From: Longivirga aurantiaca
GTDB taxonomy: Bacteria > Actinomycetota > Actinomycetes > S36-B12 > CAIYMF01
Length of the DNA stretch: 32,000 nt
Direction: 5' to 3'
Assembly: GCF_042660085.1 (NCBI RefSeq)
Contig: NZ_JBHSTI010000008.1
Span: 1,539,876-1,571,875 of the forward strand
Part shown: positions 10,294 to 18,975 of the stretch, piece by piece
Layout of the letters: each line of letters begins with the position of its first letter
Numbering within the stretch: the stretch's first letter is position 1
Notes under the pieces: model-generated
What the model was told of the DNA's origin: nothing
Databases searched by the model: none
Seen by the model: only the letters and a program-made list of their open reading frames with translations
Translations under genes and position numbers: made by a program

Positions 10294-10868
10294 CCCGCGT
10301 CGACGCCCCCGGGCCCGGCGTGCGCGAGGTGCGGATCACGCACCTGGAGATGACCGACCCGGCCGAGCTCACCCCCGCCCGTGAACCGCGGGTGGAGGCC
10401 TCGTTCGTGCGCGCCGGCCGGCCGGCGCCGGAGCTGTCGCGCTACTTCTACCGCGCCGTGGGCGGCGACTGGTACTGGCTCGACCGCATCGAGTGGACGT
10501 ACGACCAGTGGCTCGCCTGGGTCAGCGCCCCCGGCCACGAGCTCTGGTACGCCGTCGTCGACGGAGTGCCCGCGGGATACGTCGAGCTCGACCGGTCCTC
10601 GGGCGGCCCGGGCAGCGTCGAGATCGCGTACTTCGGCCTGCTCCCGTCGTACGCCGGGCTCGGCCTCGGCGGCTGGCTGCTGACCCGCGCGATCGAACGA
10701 GCCTGGGCGGTCGAGGGCACCACGCGCGTCTGGGTGCACACCAGCGAGCTCGACTCCGAGGCCGCGCTGTCGAACTACCAGGCCCGAGGCCTGCGCGTCT
10801 GCGGCACCGAGACCGAGCTCTGGGACACCAGCCGCCCCTCGCCCGGCCCCTGGCGCACCGCCCGCTAG
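10290..10868 (+). CDS. GNAT family N-acetyltransferase
   Basis: GTGA overlap with dodecin; VEIAYFGLLPSYAGLGLGGWLLTRAIERAW (acetyl-CoA binding motif A). Confidence 0.88.
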   Translation: MTRVDAPGPGVREVRITHLEMTDPAELTPAREPRVEASFVRAGRPAPELSRYFYRAVGGDWYWLDRIEWTYDQWLAWVSAPGHELWYAVVDGVPAGYVELDRSSGGPGSVEIAYFGLLPSYAGLGLGGWLLTRAIERAWAVEGTTRVWVHTSELDSEAALSNYQARGLRVCGTETELWDTSRPSPGPWRTAR

Positions 10869-11007
10869 CTCACCCGGTTCGCGACGAATGCGTGTGCGAT
10901 GAAGGGGCCCTTCGTTGCTCAGAGCGCAACCAATCCGGCCTTCATGAACCCATCCGGCGGCGACTCACGCCCGTGCCGTGATGGCCGGAACTTGTTCGGC
11001 TCAGGGA

Positions 11008-11070
11008 GATGAAGTCCCCTACCGGGCCGTCCTTCGGCCCTTGTGGCCCGGCGGGGGCCCAGCCTTCATC
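11008..11070. terminator. Nested inverted repeats 3' of the tldE gene; putative terminator or structured RNA
   Basis: GATGAAG(11008-11014)...CCGGGCC(11022-11028)...GGCCCGG(11045-11051)...CTTCATC(11064-11070), with CCCC/GGGG between. Lies 14 nt past the minus-strand stop codon at 11084-11086. No U-tract. Confidence 0.6.
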
Positions 11071-11083
11071 CCGAACACGGCAG

Positions 11084-12469
11084 CTACGAGGCCTGGGAGA
11101 CGGTGCTGAAGTTGAAGTCGTCGACGAGCAGCGGCGGCATCACGGCGCGGTTGAAGTAGTCGCCCATCTCGCGCGCCAGCGTGGGCACGGGCGCACCGGC
11201 GTCGCGGATGCGCGAGAGCAGCGCCAGCGGCGACTCGTTGAACCGGAAGTTCGTCGCGGCACCCACGACCTCGCCACGGCGTACGACGTAGACGCCGTCG
11301 CGCGTGAGGCCGGTGAGGAGACCGGTCTGCGCGTCGACCGTGCGGTTGTACCAGGTGCACGTGACGAGCAGGCCGTCGTCGGTGCGCGCCACGAGGTCGG
11401 CGAGCGAGCCGCTGCCGCCCTCGACGTCGAGCCGCAGGTTGTCCGCGGCCGGCTGGAAGCCCAGGCCGGTGACTGCGGCCGTGTGCCGCGAGGTGATGAG
11501 GCTCGACAGCACACCGGTGTCGATCCACCGCGTCGCCGGGACGGGCATGCCGTTGTCGAAGACGCTGCCGTACGGCGACGACGCGGTCGTGATGAGGAAC
11601 GGCTGCGCCTCCTGACCGGCCCATGACGGGTCGGACGACAGCGTCACGCGCGGATCGGCCACGCTCTCGCCGACGCGCGTGCCGCCGCCGCGGCGGCTCC
11701 AGACCGACTGCCCCTCGTGCGCCATGAGCGCGGCCGACGACCAGTAGAGGTCGATCATCAGGTCGGACACCGCGCTCGGCGTGAGCAGCGCGCGGTGACG
11801 CCCGGCCTCGACGTCGACCGAGCGCTCCTGCCACGCGAGGCCCTGCCGCACCTCGGCATCGAGCACGGACAGGTCGACGCCGTGCAGCGTGCGGCCGGCG
11901 CGGCCCACCCAGGCCGAGCGCGTGCGCTCGTGGCTCTTGCCCGTGAGCTCGATGCGCCCCTCGGAGTCGGTGAACCGCAGGCGGACGCCGGTGCTCGTGC
12001 CGAGGTAGTTGGTGCACATGCTCTGCTCGGCGTACCCGAAGTGCTCGACGCCGTCCCTACGGCCCGCGGCCAGCACCTCGCCGAGGCCGGGGGCGATCGT
12101 GGCGAACGACTCCGCCGTCTCGACGGCGGGCGCGTCGGCCCAGTCGGCCGAGGCGGCGACGTCGCGCACGAGCTCGGCCGCATCCTCGGCCGGTCCGTCC
12201 TCGAGCGCCATGAGCTCGGCGCGCCGCACCAGCGCGGGCAACGACTCCAGCGACGGCGCGCTGACGGTGACCGAGCCCGACGCGATACCGCCCTCGACAT
12301 CGACGATCGCGATCACCGTGACGGTCGTGCCGAGCGTCTCGCCGTTCGTGGTGAGCGTGCTGCGTGCCCAGCGGAGGTTGGCGATGCTGCGTGCCTGGAC
12401 CAGCACGATGCAGCCGCGGGACGTGGACGCGGCAAGCGCTCGCTCGACGAGATCCTGGGGCGCGATCAC
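11084..12469 (-). CDS. TldE/PmbA family metallopeptidase partner subunit
   Basis: GTG start at 12469; C-terminal ...GVYVVRRGEVVGAATNFRFNESPLALLSRIRDAG; encoded immediately after TldD. Confidence 0.9.
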   Translation of the reverse strand: MIAPQDLVERALAASTSRGCIVLVQARSIANLRWARSTLTTNGETLGTTVTVIAIVDVEGGIASGSVTVSAPSLESLPALVRRAELMALEDGPAEDAAELVRDVAASADWADAPAVETAESFATIAPGLGEVLAAGRRDGVEHFGYAEQSMCTNYLGTSTGVRLRFTDSEGRIELTGKSHERTRSAWVGRAGRTLHGVDLSVLDAEVRQGLAWQERSVDVEAGRHRALLTPSAVSDLMIDLYWSSAALMAHEGQSVWSRRGGGTRVGESVADPRVTLSSDPSWAGQEAQPFLITTASSPYGSVFDNGMPVPATRWIDTGVLSSLITSRHTAAVTGLGFQPAADNLRLDVEGGSGSLADLVARTDDGLLVTCTWYNRTVDAQTGLLTGLTRDGVYVVRRGEVVGAATNFRFNESPLALLSRIRDAGAPVPTLAREMGDYFNRAVMPPLLVDDFNFSTVSQAS

Positions 12470-13995
12470 CGTCCCGCCTCCTTCGCCGAGTTGAGCACGT
12501 TGACCTGCTCGAACACCGCGGCCGGGCACCCGTGCGACACCGCCGCGACCTGGCCCGGCTGGCCCTTGCCGCAGTTGAACGCGCCGCCGAGGAGGTACGT
12601 CGACTCGCCGCCGATCGCCTTCATCGAGCCCCAGAAGTCGGTGGTCGTCGCCTGGTAGGCGACATCCTTCAGCTGGCCCTCGATGCGGCCGTTGCGGATC
12701 CGGTGGAACCGCTGCCCGGTGAACTGGAAGTTGAAGCGCTGCATGTCGATCGACCACGACTTGTCGCCGACGACGTAGATGCCGTCCTCGACCCCCTCGA
12801 CCAGCTGCTCGAGGGTCGGCCCGTCCGGCGCCGGCTGCAGCGACACGTTGGGCATGCGCTGGATCGCCGTGTGCACTGCGCTGTCGGCGTACGCGCAGCC
12901 GTTCGATCGGTCGAGTCCGTGCTCGTGCGCCATCGCACGGTCGAGCTGGTAGCCGACGAGGATGCCGCGATCGATCAGGTCCCACGTCTGCCCGGCCACG
13001 CCCTCGTCGTCCCAGCCGACGGTCGACAGCCCGTGCTCCACCACGCGGTCGCCGGTGACACGCATGCCGGGAACGCCGTACTTCAGCGTGCCGAGCTTGT
13101 CGGGCGTGGCGAACGACGTGCCGGCGTAGTTGGCCTCGTAGCCGAGCGCACGGTCGAGCTCGGTGGCGTGACCGATCGACTCGTGGATCGTGAGCCAGAG
13201 GTTCGTCGGGTGGATGAGCAGGTCGTACCTGCCCGGCTCGACCGACGGCGCTGCCAGCTTCTCCGCGAGGTACGTCGGCAGCGCCGCGATCTCGGCGTCC
13301 CAGTCCCAGCGGCGCGCACCGCCGACGTCGGTGACGTCGCCCGTGACGTACTCCCAGCCACGGCCCGACGGGGGAGCGGTGGTCGACATGGTCTCGAACG
13401 CGCCGGTCGACGGATCGACGGCGAGCGCGGTGACGTCCGACTCGAGCCGCACCCGCTGCTGCACCGTGCGGCTGCCGGCGAGGTCGGCGTAGAAGGTGCG
13501 CTCCTTCACCGCGTGCAGCGCCGCCGTCACGTGCGCCACGGCCTCGTGGGCCATCACGCCGCGGCTGCGGTCGGCCAGCAGCGCCACGCGCTCGCCCTCG
13601 GCGACCGAGAACGGGTCGACGACGTACGACGACACCCACGAGCCGATGTGCACCGGCTCGGGCGCGAGCTCGACGCGCGCGGTCGCGAGCGGTGCGCTGA
13701 TGCGGGCCATCGCCACCGCCCGGGACGCGAGCGTCGCAGCGGCGGCGGGCTCGATCACGTCCGAAGCCGCGAAGCCCCAGCAGCCGTCCACCAGTACGCG
13801 GACCGACATGCCGTTGTCGTCGTCGTGGCTCGAGCCCTCGACCTGGGCGTCGCGCAGCTTCTGGTAGGTCGTCAGGGTCGAGACGATGCGCAGGTCTGCG
13901 TGCGCCGCACCGAGCGAGCGCGCCCGCTCGAGAGCGGCGTCGGCGCAGGCGTCGAGGGGGAGGGCGAGGAACTCGCTGTCGACCTCGTGGGTCAC
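12466..13995 (-). CDS. tldD: TldD family metallopeptidase
   Basis: HESIGHATELDR matches the TldD HExxxH zinc site; ...MRVTGDRVVEHGLSTVGWDDEG; stop overlaps the tldE start by a GTGA tetranucleotide. Confidence 0.92.
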   Translation of the reverse strand: MTHEVDSEFLALPLDACADAALERARSLGAAHADLRIVSTLTTYQKLRDAQVEGSSHDDDNGMSVRVLVDGCWGFAASDVIEPAAAATLASRAVAMARISAPLATARVELAPEPVHIGSWVSSYVVDPFSVAEGERVALLADRSRGVMAHEAVAHVTAALHAVKERTFYADLAGSRTVQQRVRLESDVTALAVDPSTGAFETMSTTAPPSGRGWEYVTGDVTDVGGARRWDWDAEIAALPTYLAEKLAAPSVEPGRYDLLIHPTNLWLTIHESIGHATELDRALGYEANYAGTSFATPDKLGTLKYGVPGMRVTGDRVVEHGLSTVGWDDEGVAGQTWDLIDRGILVGYQLDRAMAHEHGLDRSNGCAYADSAVHTAIQRMPNVSLQPAPDGPTLEQLVEGVEDGIYVVGDKSWSIDMQRFNFQFTGQRFHRIRNGRIEGQLKDVAYQATTTDFWGSMKAIGGESTYLLGGAFNCGKGQPGQVAAVSHGCPAAVFEQVNVLNSAKEAGR

Positions 13996-14993
13996 GCGCG
14001 GTCTCCGTCCAGGGTCGGGTCGAGGACGACCTTGCCCGTGGTGCGTCGGGCGCGCAGGTCCTCGTGGGCCTGACGTGCGTGGGACAGAGCGTAGGTGTGA
14101 CCGGCCAGCGGCCGAAGCCGTTTGTCGGCGACCATGGCCACGAGCTCGGCGAGGGGCTCGACGATCATCGTGCGCGCGCGCTTCGGGTGCATGGCGTCGA
14201 CGAGCCAGAAGCCGATGATCGAGTGCGACCCCACCAGGAGGTTGCCGGGCGAGACGGGGTGCGGCGCGGTGCGGCTCGCCATCCCGTAGGTGACCAGTCG
14301 GCCGAACGGCGCGAGCGCCATCAGGCTCCCGTCGAAGGTCGTGCCGCCGACCATCTCGAACACCACGTCGACCTTTCCGCCGCCGTTCGCGTCCATGAGG
14401 AGGTGCTCGATGTCGCGCGGGTGCGCCTCGGGGCTGCCGACGACGCCGACGTCGGCGCCGAGGTCGAGCGCGAGGTCGATCTTGTCCTGCGACGACGCCG
14501 TCGCGATGACGCGACCGGCACCGGCCTGCTTGGCGAGCTGGACAGCGAGGTTGCCGACGCCACCGGCCGCGGCGTGGACCACGACGGACTCGCCGGGCTG
14601 CACCCGGGCGCAGGTCTTCACGAGGTGCCACGCGGTGAGCCCCTGCACCAGCAGGCTGAGGGCCGCGGCATCGCTGACGCCGTCCGGGACGTCGAAGGCG
14701 AGGTTGCTGCGGACGACGGCGCGCTCGGCGTAGCCGCCGCCGTGCGCCACGAAGCCGCAGACGCGCCGCGGGAAGCCCTCGGGGTCGACGACGCCGACCA
14801 CCTCGGACCCGGGCACGAACGGCAGCTCGCTGCCGGACAGGTAGGTGTTCTCGATCTGGTGGGTGTCGGCGAAGTTGACGCCGGCACCGGTCACGTGGAC
14901 CAGAAGCTCGCCGGGGCCGGCATGGGGCTCGGCGAGGACGACGGGCTCGAGGACCTCGGGCCCCCCGAAGCTGCGCACCTGGATCGCTCTCAT
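13992..14993 (-). CDS. NADPH:quinone oxidoreductase / zinc-binding-type MDR alcohol dehydrogenase
   Basis: MRAIQVRSFGGPEVLEPVVLAEPHAGPGELLV; VVHAAAGGVGNLAVQLAK (AxxGGVG nucleotide fold). Confidence 0.93.
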   Translation of the reverse strand: MRAIQVRSFGGPEVLEPVVLAEPHAGPGELLVHVTGAGVNFADTHQIENTYLSGSELPFVPGSEVVGVVDPEGFPRRVCGFVAHGGGYAERAVVRSNLAFDVPDGVSDAAALSLLVQGLTAWHLVKTCARVQPGESVVVHAAAGGVGNLAVQLAKQAGAGRVIATASSQDKIDLALDLGADVGVVGSPEAHPRDIEHLLMDANGGGKVDVVFEMVGGTTFDGSLMALAPFGRLVTYGMASRTAPHPVSPGNLLVGSHSIIGFWLVDAMHPKRARTMIVEPLAELVAMVADKRLRPLAGHTYALSHARQAHEDLRARRTTGKVVLDPTLDGDRA

Positions 14994-15065
14994 GCCTCCG
15001 ACCCTAGTCCGGCCCGACCGGCGATGCGGTTCCTCCATACCCTCCGGTAACCGCTAGTTTCGCCC

Positions 15066-15830
15066 GTGGCGGCCGCGCAGCGCGGCCCCTTTCTGACGAC
15101 GGAGGCGCGCGTGAGCCGCGTGGTGCTGGTGACCGGTGGCAACCGGGGGATCGGCCTGGCGATCGCGCAGGCGTTCGTGGCGCTCGGCGACAGGGTCGCC
15201 ATCACCGCCCGCAACGGCCAGCTGCCCGCCGAGCTCGAGGGCACGGACGTGCTGGTCGTGCAGGCCGACGTCACCGACACCGCGAGCATCGACGCCGCCT
15301 TCGACCGCATCGAGGCCGAGCTCGGCCCCGTGGAGGTCGTCGTGGCCAACGCGGGCGTCACCCGCGACGGGCTCATCATGCGGATGAGCGACGACGACGT
15401 GAACGCCGTCATCGACACCAACCTGGTCGGATCGCTCCGAGTCGCGCGCCGGGCGGCCAAGGGGATGGTGCGCCTGCGCCGCGGACGCATCGTGTTCGTC
15501 TCGAGCGTCGTCGGCCTGCTCGGCTCGGCCGGCCAGACCAACTACGCGGCGTCCAAGGCCGGTCTCGTCGGTCTCGCCCGCTCGCTGGCCCGTGAGCTCG
15601 GCAGCCGCGGGATCACGGCCAACGTCGTCGCGCCCGGGTTCGTCGACACCGAGATGACCGCGGTGCTCGGCGAGGACCGCAAGACCGAGATCCTCGGGTC
15701 CGTGCCGCTCGGCCGCTACGCCTCCACCGACGAGATAGCCGGCGTCGTCACCTTCCTCGCCGGCGACGCTGCCGGCTACATCACCGGAGCCGTCGTCCCC
15801 GTGGACGGCGGCCTGGGCATGGGTCACTGA
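15066..15830 (+). CDS. fabG: 3-oxoacyl-[ACP] reductase, MabA/FabG type
   Basis: VSRVVLVTGGNRGIGLAIAQAF, NAGVTRDGLIMRM, YAASKAGLVGLARSLA, GYITGAVVPVDGGLGMGH. The start could also be GTG 15111; 15066 gives a MabA-like N-terminal extension. Confidence 0.93.
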   Translation: MAAAQRGPFLTTEARVSRVVLVTGGNRGIGLAIAQAFVALGDRVAITARNGQLPAELEGTDVLVVQADVTDTASIDAAFDRIEAELGPVEVVVANAGVTRDGLIMRMSDDDVNAVIDTNLVGSLRVARRAAKGMVRLRRGRIVFVSSVVGLLGSAGQTNYAASKAGLVGLARSLARELGSRGITANVVAPGFVDTEMTAVLGEDRKTEILGSVPLGRYASTDEIAGVVTFLAGDAAGYITGAVVPVDGGLGMGH

Positions 15831-15853
15831 CCCGTCCGAGCAGAAGGACCACC

Positions 15854-16633
15854 ATGGGAATCCTCGAGGGCAAGCGGCTGCTGATCACCGGCGTGCTGAC
15901 CGACCAGTCGATCGCGTTCCACGTCGCACGCCTGGCGCAGCAGGAGGGCGCCACCGTCGTCCTGTCGTCGTTCGGCCGCGCGATGTCGATCACCACGCGG
16001 ATCGCCAAGCGGCTGCCGGCCGAGGCCCCGGTCATCGAGCTCGACGTCACGAACCCCGAGCAGCTCGAGGGCCTGGCCGACGTCCTGCGCCAGCACGTCG
16101 ACGGGCTCGACGGCGTCCTGCACTCGATCGGCTTCGCCCCGGAGGCCGCGCTGGGCGGCAACTTCCTGCACACCCAGTGGGAGGACGTCGCGACCGCCGT
16201 GCACGTGTCGGCGTTCTCGCTGAAGTCGCTCGCCGTCGCATGCCTGCCGCTGATGGTGGGGGAGGGCCGCACGTCGTCCGTCGTCGGCCTCGACTTCGAC
16301 GCCCAGGTCGCCTGGCCGAAGTACGACTGGATGGGCGTGGCCAAGGCTGCTTTCGAGTCGACCTCGCGCTACCTCGCCCGCGACCTCGGCCCGCAGGGCG
16401 TCCGCGTCAACCTCGTCGCCGCCGGCCCGATCAAGACCACCGCGGCCAAGTCGATCCCGGGCTTCGACGAGTTCGACGGGGTCTGGGGCGGCAGCCGCGC
16501 CCCGATCGGCTGGGACATGAGCGACCCCGAGCCGGCCGCGCGCGCCTGTGTCGCGCTGCTGTCGGACTGGTTCCCGAAGACCACCGCCGAGATCATCCAC
16601 GTCGACGGCGGCGTGCACGCGATGGGCGCCTGA
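15854..16633 (+). CDS. inhA: Enoyl-[ACP] reductase (NADH), InhA type
   Basis: MGILEGKRLLITGVLTDQSIAFHVARLAQQEGA, LHSIGFAP, WPKYDWMGVAKAAFES, RVNLVAAGPIKT, IIHVDGGVHAMG; directly downstream of fabG. Confidence 0.93.
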   Translation: MGILEGKRLLITGVLTDQSIAFHVARLAQQEGATVVLSSFGRAMSITTRIAKRLPAEAPVIELDVTNPEQLEGLADVLRQHVDGLDGVLHSIGFAPEAALGGNFLHTQWEDVATAVHVSAFSLKSLAVACLPLMVGEGRTSSVVGLDFDAQVAWPKYDWMGVAKAAFESTSRYLARDLGPQGVRVNLVAAGPIKTTAAKSIPGFDEFDGVWGGSRAPIGWDMSDPEPAARACVALLSDWFPKTTAEIIHVDGGVHAMGA

Positions 16634-16689
16634 CGCACATCACTCCCCGGCGCGCCCCGTCGGCGCGTCTCCCGGTACGTCCGTCCGGC

Positions 16690-17745
16690 ATGCTGGCCCG
16701 TGTGGTGAGAGGTCAGCGGAAGTACGACCGCGTGGTCGCGCGCCCTGTCCGCTACCGATCGGCGAATGCGCGGCGTCTCGCGGTGGCGCTGTCGTCCGTC
16801 GTGACGGTGATCGTGGTCGGCACTATCGGCTACATCGCGCTCGGGGTGGACGCGCTCGACGCGCTCTACCAGACCGTGACCACGGTGACGACGATCGGCT
16901 TCCGCGAGGTCGTCCCGTTCGACAGCAGCCTCAAGATCTACACGATGATCGTCGCCCTCGCGGGCGTCGGCACCGTGCTCTACGCACTCACGCTCACCCT
17001 CGAGCTGGTGATGGAAGGCCAGCTCGGCAACCTGTGGGGACGGCGACGTATGCAACGCGACATCGACCAGCTCGAGGGTCACGCGATCGTCTGCGGCTAC
17101 GGACGGGTCGGCAGGGCGGCGGCCGAGCAGCTCGCCGCCTCCGGCGTCGAGGTGGTGGTGGTCGACCAGAGCGAGACGCGGCTCGAGTCGTGCCCGCTCC
17201 CGCACGTGGTCGGCGACGCGACCGACGACGACGTGCTCCGCGCCGCCGGCGTCCGCACCGCCAAGACCCTCGTGGCCTCGCTCGACGACGACCCCGGCTC
17301 GGTCTTCGTGGTGCTCACCGCCCGTAGCGTGAATCCTGACCTGTTCGTGATCGCGCGCTCCCGCACCGACGACGCCGAGGCCAAGTTCCTGCTGGCCGGC
17401 GCAGACCGGGTGGTCAACCCGCAGCGCATCGGCGGCAACCGCATCGCAGCGTTCGCCGACTCGCCGGACGTCGTGGACTTCCTCGACGTGGTGATGCACG
17501 AGGGTCGGCACGAGTTCCGCCTGTCCGACATCGAGGTGCACGCGGGCTCGCCCCTCGTGGGCTCGACCATCGCGGACACGCGCGCGGAGGAGGGGGGCAG
17601 CGCGATCCTGCTGGCTCTGCGCAGCCGAGGGAAGTTCGTGACGAACCCGGACCCGAACCGGCCGCTCGACGTCGGCGACGTGCTCATCGTGGTCGGCACC
17701 GCCGACCAGGTCGAGGCGCTGCACCAGAGGGCGCACGCCCAGTGA
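16690..17745 (+). CDS. Potassium channel family protein with RCK/TrkA-N and TrkA-C domains
   Basis: Two TM helices flank a pore with TVTTIGFREV, then HAIVCGYGRVGRAAAEQLAASGVEVVVVDQ and a TrkA-C-like tail. Confidence 0.9.
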   Translation: MLARVVRGQRKYDRVVARPVRYRSANARRLAVALSSVVTVIVVGTIGYIALGVDALDALYQTVTTVTTIGFREVVPFDSSLKIYTMIVALAGVGTVLYALTLTLELVMEGQLGNLWGRRRMQRDIDQLEGHAIVCGYGRVGRAAAEQLAASGVEVVVVDQSETRLESCPLPHVVGDATDDDVLRAAGVRTAKTLVASLDDDPGSVFVVLTARSVNPDLFVIARSRTDDAEAKFLLAGADRVVNPQRIGGNRIAAFADSPDVVDFLDVVMHEGRHEFRLSDIEVHAGSPLVGSTIADTRAEEGGSAILLALRSRGKFVTNPDPNRPLDVGDVLIVVGTADQVEALHQRAHAQ

Positions 17746-18278
17746 GCCGCCGCCTGGTAGTTCTCCGTCACGCGAAGTCGGCGTACCCGCCCGGCGTGGT
17801 CGACCACGACCGCCCGCTGGCCGAGCGCGGTGTGCGGGACGCGCGTGCGTCGGGTGCGTGGCTGCGCGAGAACGTCGGGCTTCCCGACCATGTCGTGGTC
17901 TCGAGCGCTCGGCGTACGCGCGGCACCTGGACCCTCGCGGCCGGGCCGCTCGGCTACATCGGCGCCGCGGGCTACGACCTGGACTCGCCCGGGCCGCTGA
18001 CGATCGACCCGCGTGTCTACGACGCCTCGACCGGCACGCTCGTCACGGTGCTGCGCGAGCTGCCCGAGCGGGTGCATACGGCCGTGCTCGTGGGCCACAA
18101 CCCCGGCTGCGAGTCGCTCGTCGACCACCTGGCGCGCACCGCCGATCCGGAAGCCGCTGCGGCGATCCGGCTGAAGTACCCGACCTGCGGGATCGCCGTC
18201 CTCGACGTCCACGTGCCGTGGGCCGAGCTGACTGCCGGCAGCGCGCACCTCGCGACGTTCGTCGCGCCCCGCGGCTGA
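17742..18278 (+). CDS. SixA-like histidine phosphatase
   Basis: LVVLRHAKSAYPPGVVDHDRPLAERGVRDA (RHA/RHG motif) and VLVGHNPGCESLVDHL; GTGA overlap with the channel gene. Confidence 0.9.
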   Translation: MSRRLVVLRHAKSAYPPGVVDHDRPLAERGVRDARASGAWLRENVGLPDHVVVSSARRTRGTWTLAAGPLGYIGAAGYDLDSPGPLTIDPRVYDASTGTLVTVLRELPERVHTAVLVGHNPGCESLVDHLARTADPEAAAAIRLKYPTCGIAVLDVHVPWAELTAGSAHLATFVAPRG

Positions 18279-18287
18279 GGCGCCGGA

Positions 18288-18662
18288 CTAGCGGCGCACG
18301 CCGGTCGCGCCGTCCGGCCGCGACTTGAAGCGGCGCACCTCCTGCGGCCAGCCGCAGGCCTCGGCGATGCGGCCGGCCCAGTAGCGCGCGGTCTCGTCGT
18401 CCGGCACCTCGATGATGGCGAGGCCGCCGAGGAACTCCTCGGTCTCCGCGTACGGCCCGTCGGTGATGAGGAGCTCGCCGCTCGTGGCGTCGGCGCTGGC
18501 GGCCGTCTCGATCTCCTCCACGAGCCCGCCGGTGTAGACCATGACGCCCTGGGCCTCCATCTCGGTGACGACCGCCATCGCGAGCGGGCCGCGCGAGCGG
18601 AACCACTCCGCGGGGTGGTCGCCGACCCACTGCTGGTTGAAGTGGATGAGGTATTCGGCCAC
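18288..18662 (-). CDS. YCII-related domain protein
   Basis: VAEYLIHFNQQW...GVMVYTGGLVEE...LLITDGPYAETEEFLGGLAIIEVPDDETARYWA matches the YCII/DGPF family; GGAGGAG RBS. Confidence 0.87.
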   Translation of the reverse strand: MAEYLIHFNQQWVGDHPAEWFRSRGPLAMAVVTEMEAQGVMVYTGGLVEEIETAASADATSGELLITDGPYAETEEFLGGLAIIEVPDDETARYWAGRIAEACGWPQEVRRFKSRPDGATGVRR

Positions 18663-18835
18663 GTCGTCCTCCTCCTGCCCGTGCGGGCCCGACGCCCGCC
18701 TCCACATCCTGTACGAACGGGAGCCGCGCGTATCGACACCGCTCGAGGAATCTCGTCGCTCAGGTCGGACCGTCCCGGCTCGGGTGTCACATCGCGTCGC
18801 GGGGGAGGCGTTCCCCCCCCCAGCTCAGGCCCCCG

Positions 18836-18889
18836 CCGATTTGGTAGTGGGAAGTCGCGGCGGGGCGCGAGTTCCCACTACCAAATCGG
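18836..18889. repeat. Long near-perfect hairpin upstream of the DUF222/HNH gene
   Basis: CCGATTTGGTAGTGGGAA (18836-18853) and TTCCCACTACCAAATCGG (18872-18889), perfect 18-bp arms. An inner TCGCG/CGCGA extends the stem across one G/G mismatch. Confidence 0.97.
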
Positions 18890-18975
18890 GGTGCGGCCGG
18901 ATTCGGTTGTGGTTGCTGTGGATTTCCCCTGTCGGGTGTCGGTGCGTTGTCGGAGGTGGTTGGCATGATGGGGTC

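Noticed and set aside
11084-13639. 851-aa minus-strand ORF
   Set aside because: The real TldE starts at GTG 12469; the upstream extension overlaps tldD in another frame and is Arg-rich nonsense.
11084-13995. TldD/TldE pair as part of a RiPP or microcin-maturation cluster
   Set aside because: No precursor peptide, YcaO, radical SAM or exporter gene is adjacent; the pair is widespread as housekeeping in actinobacteria.
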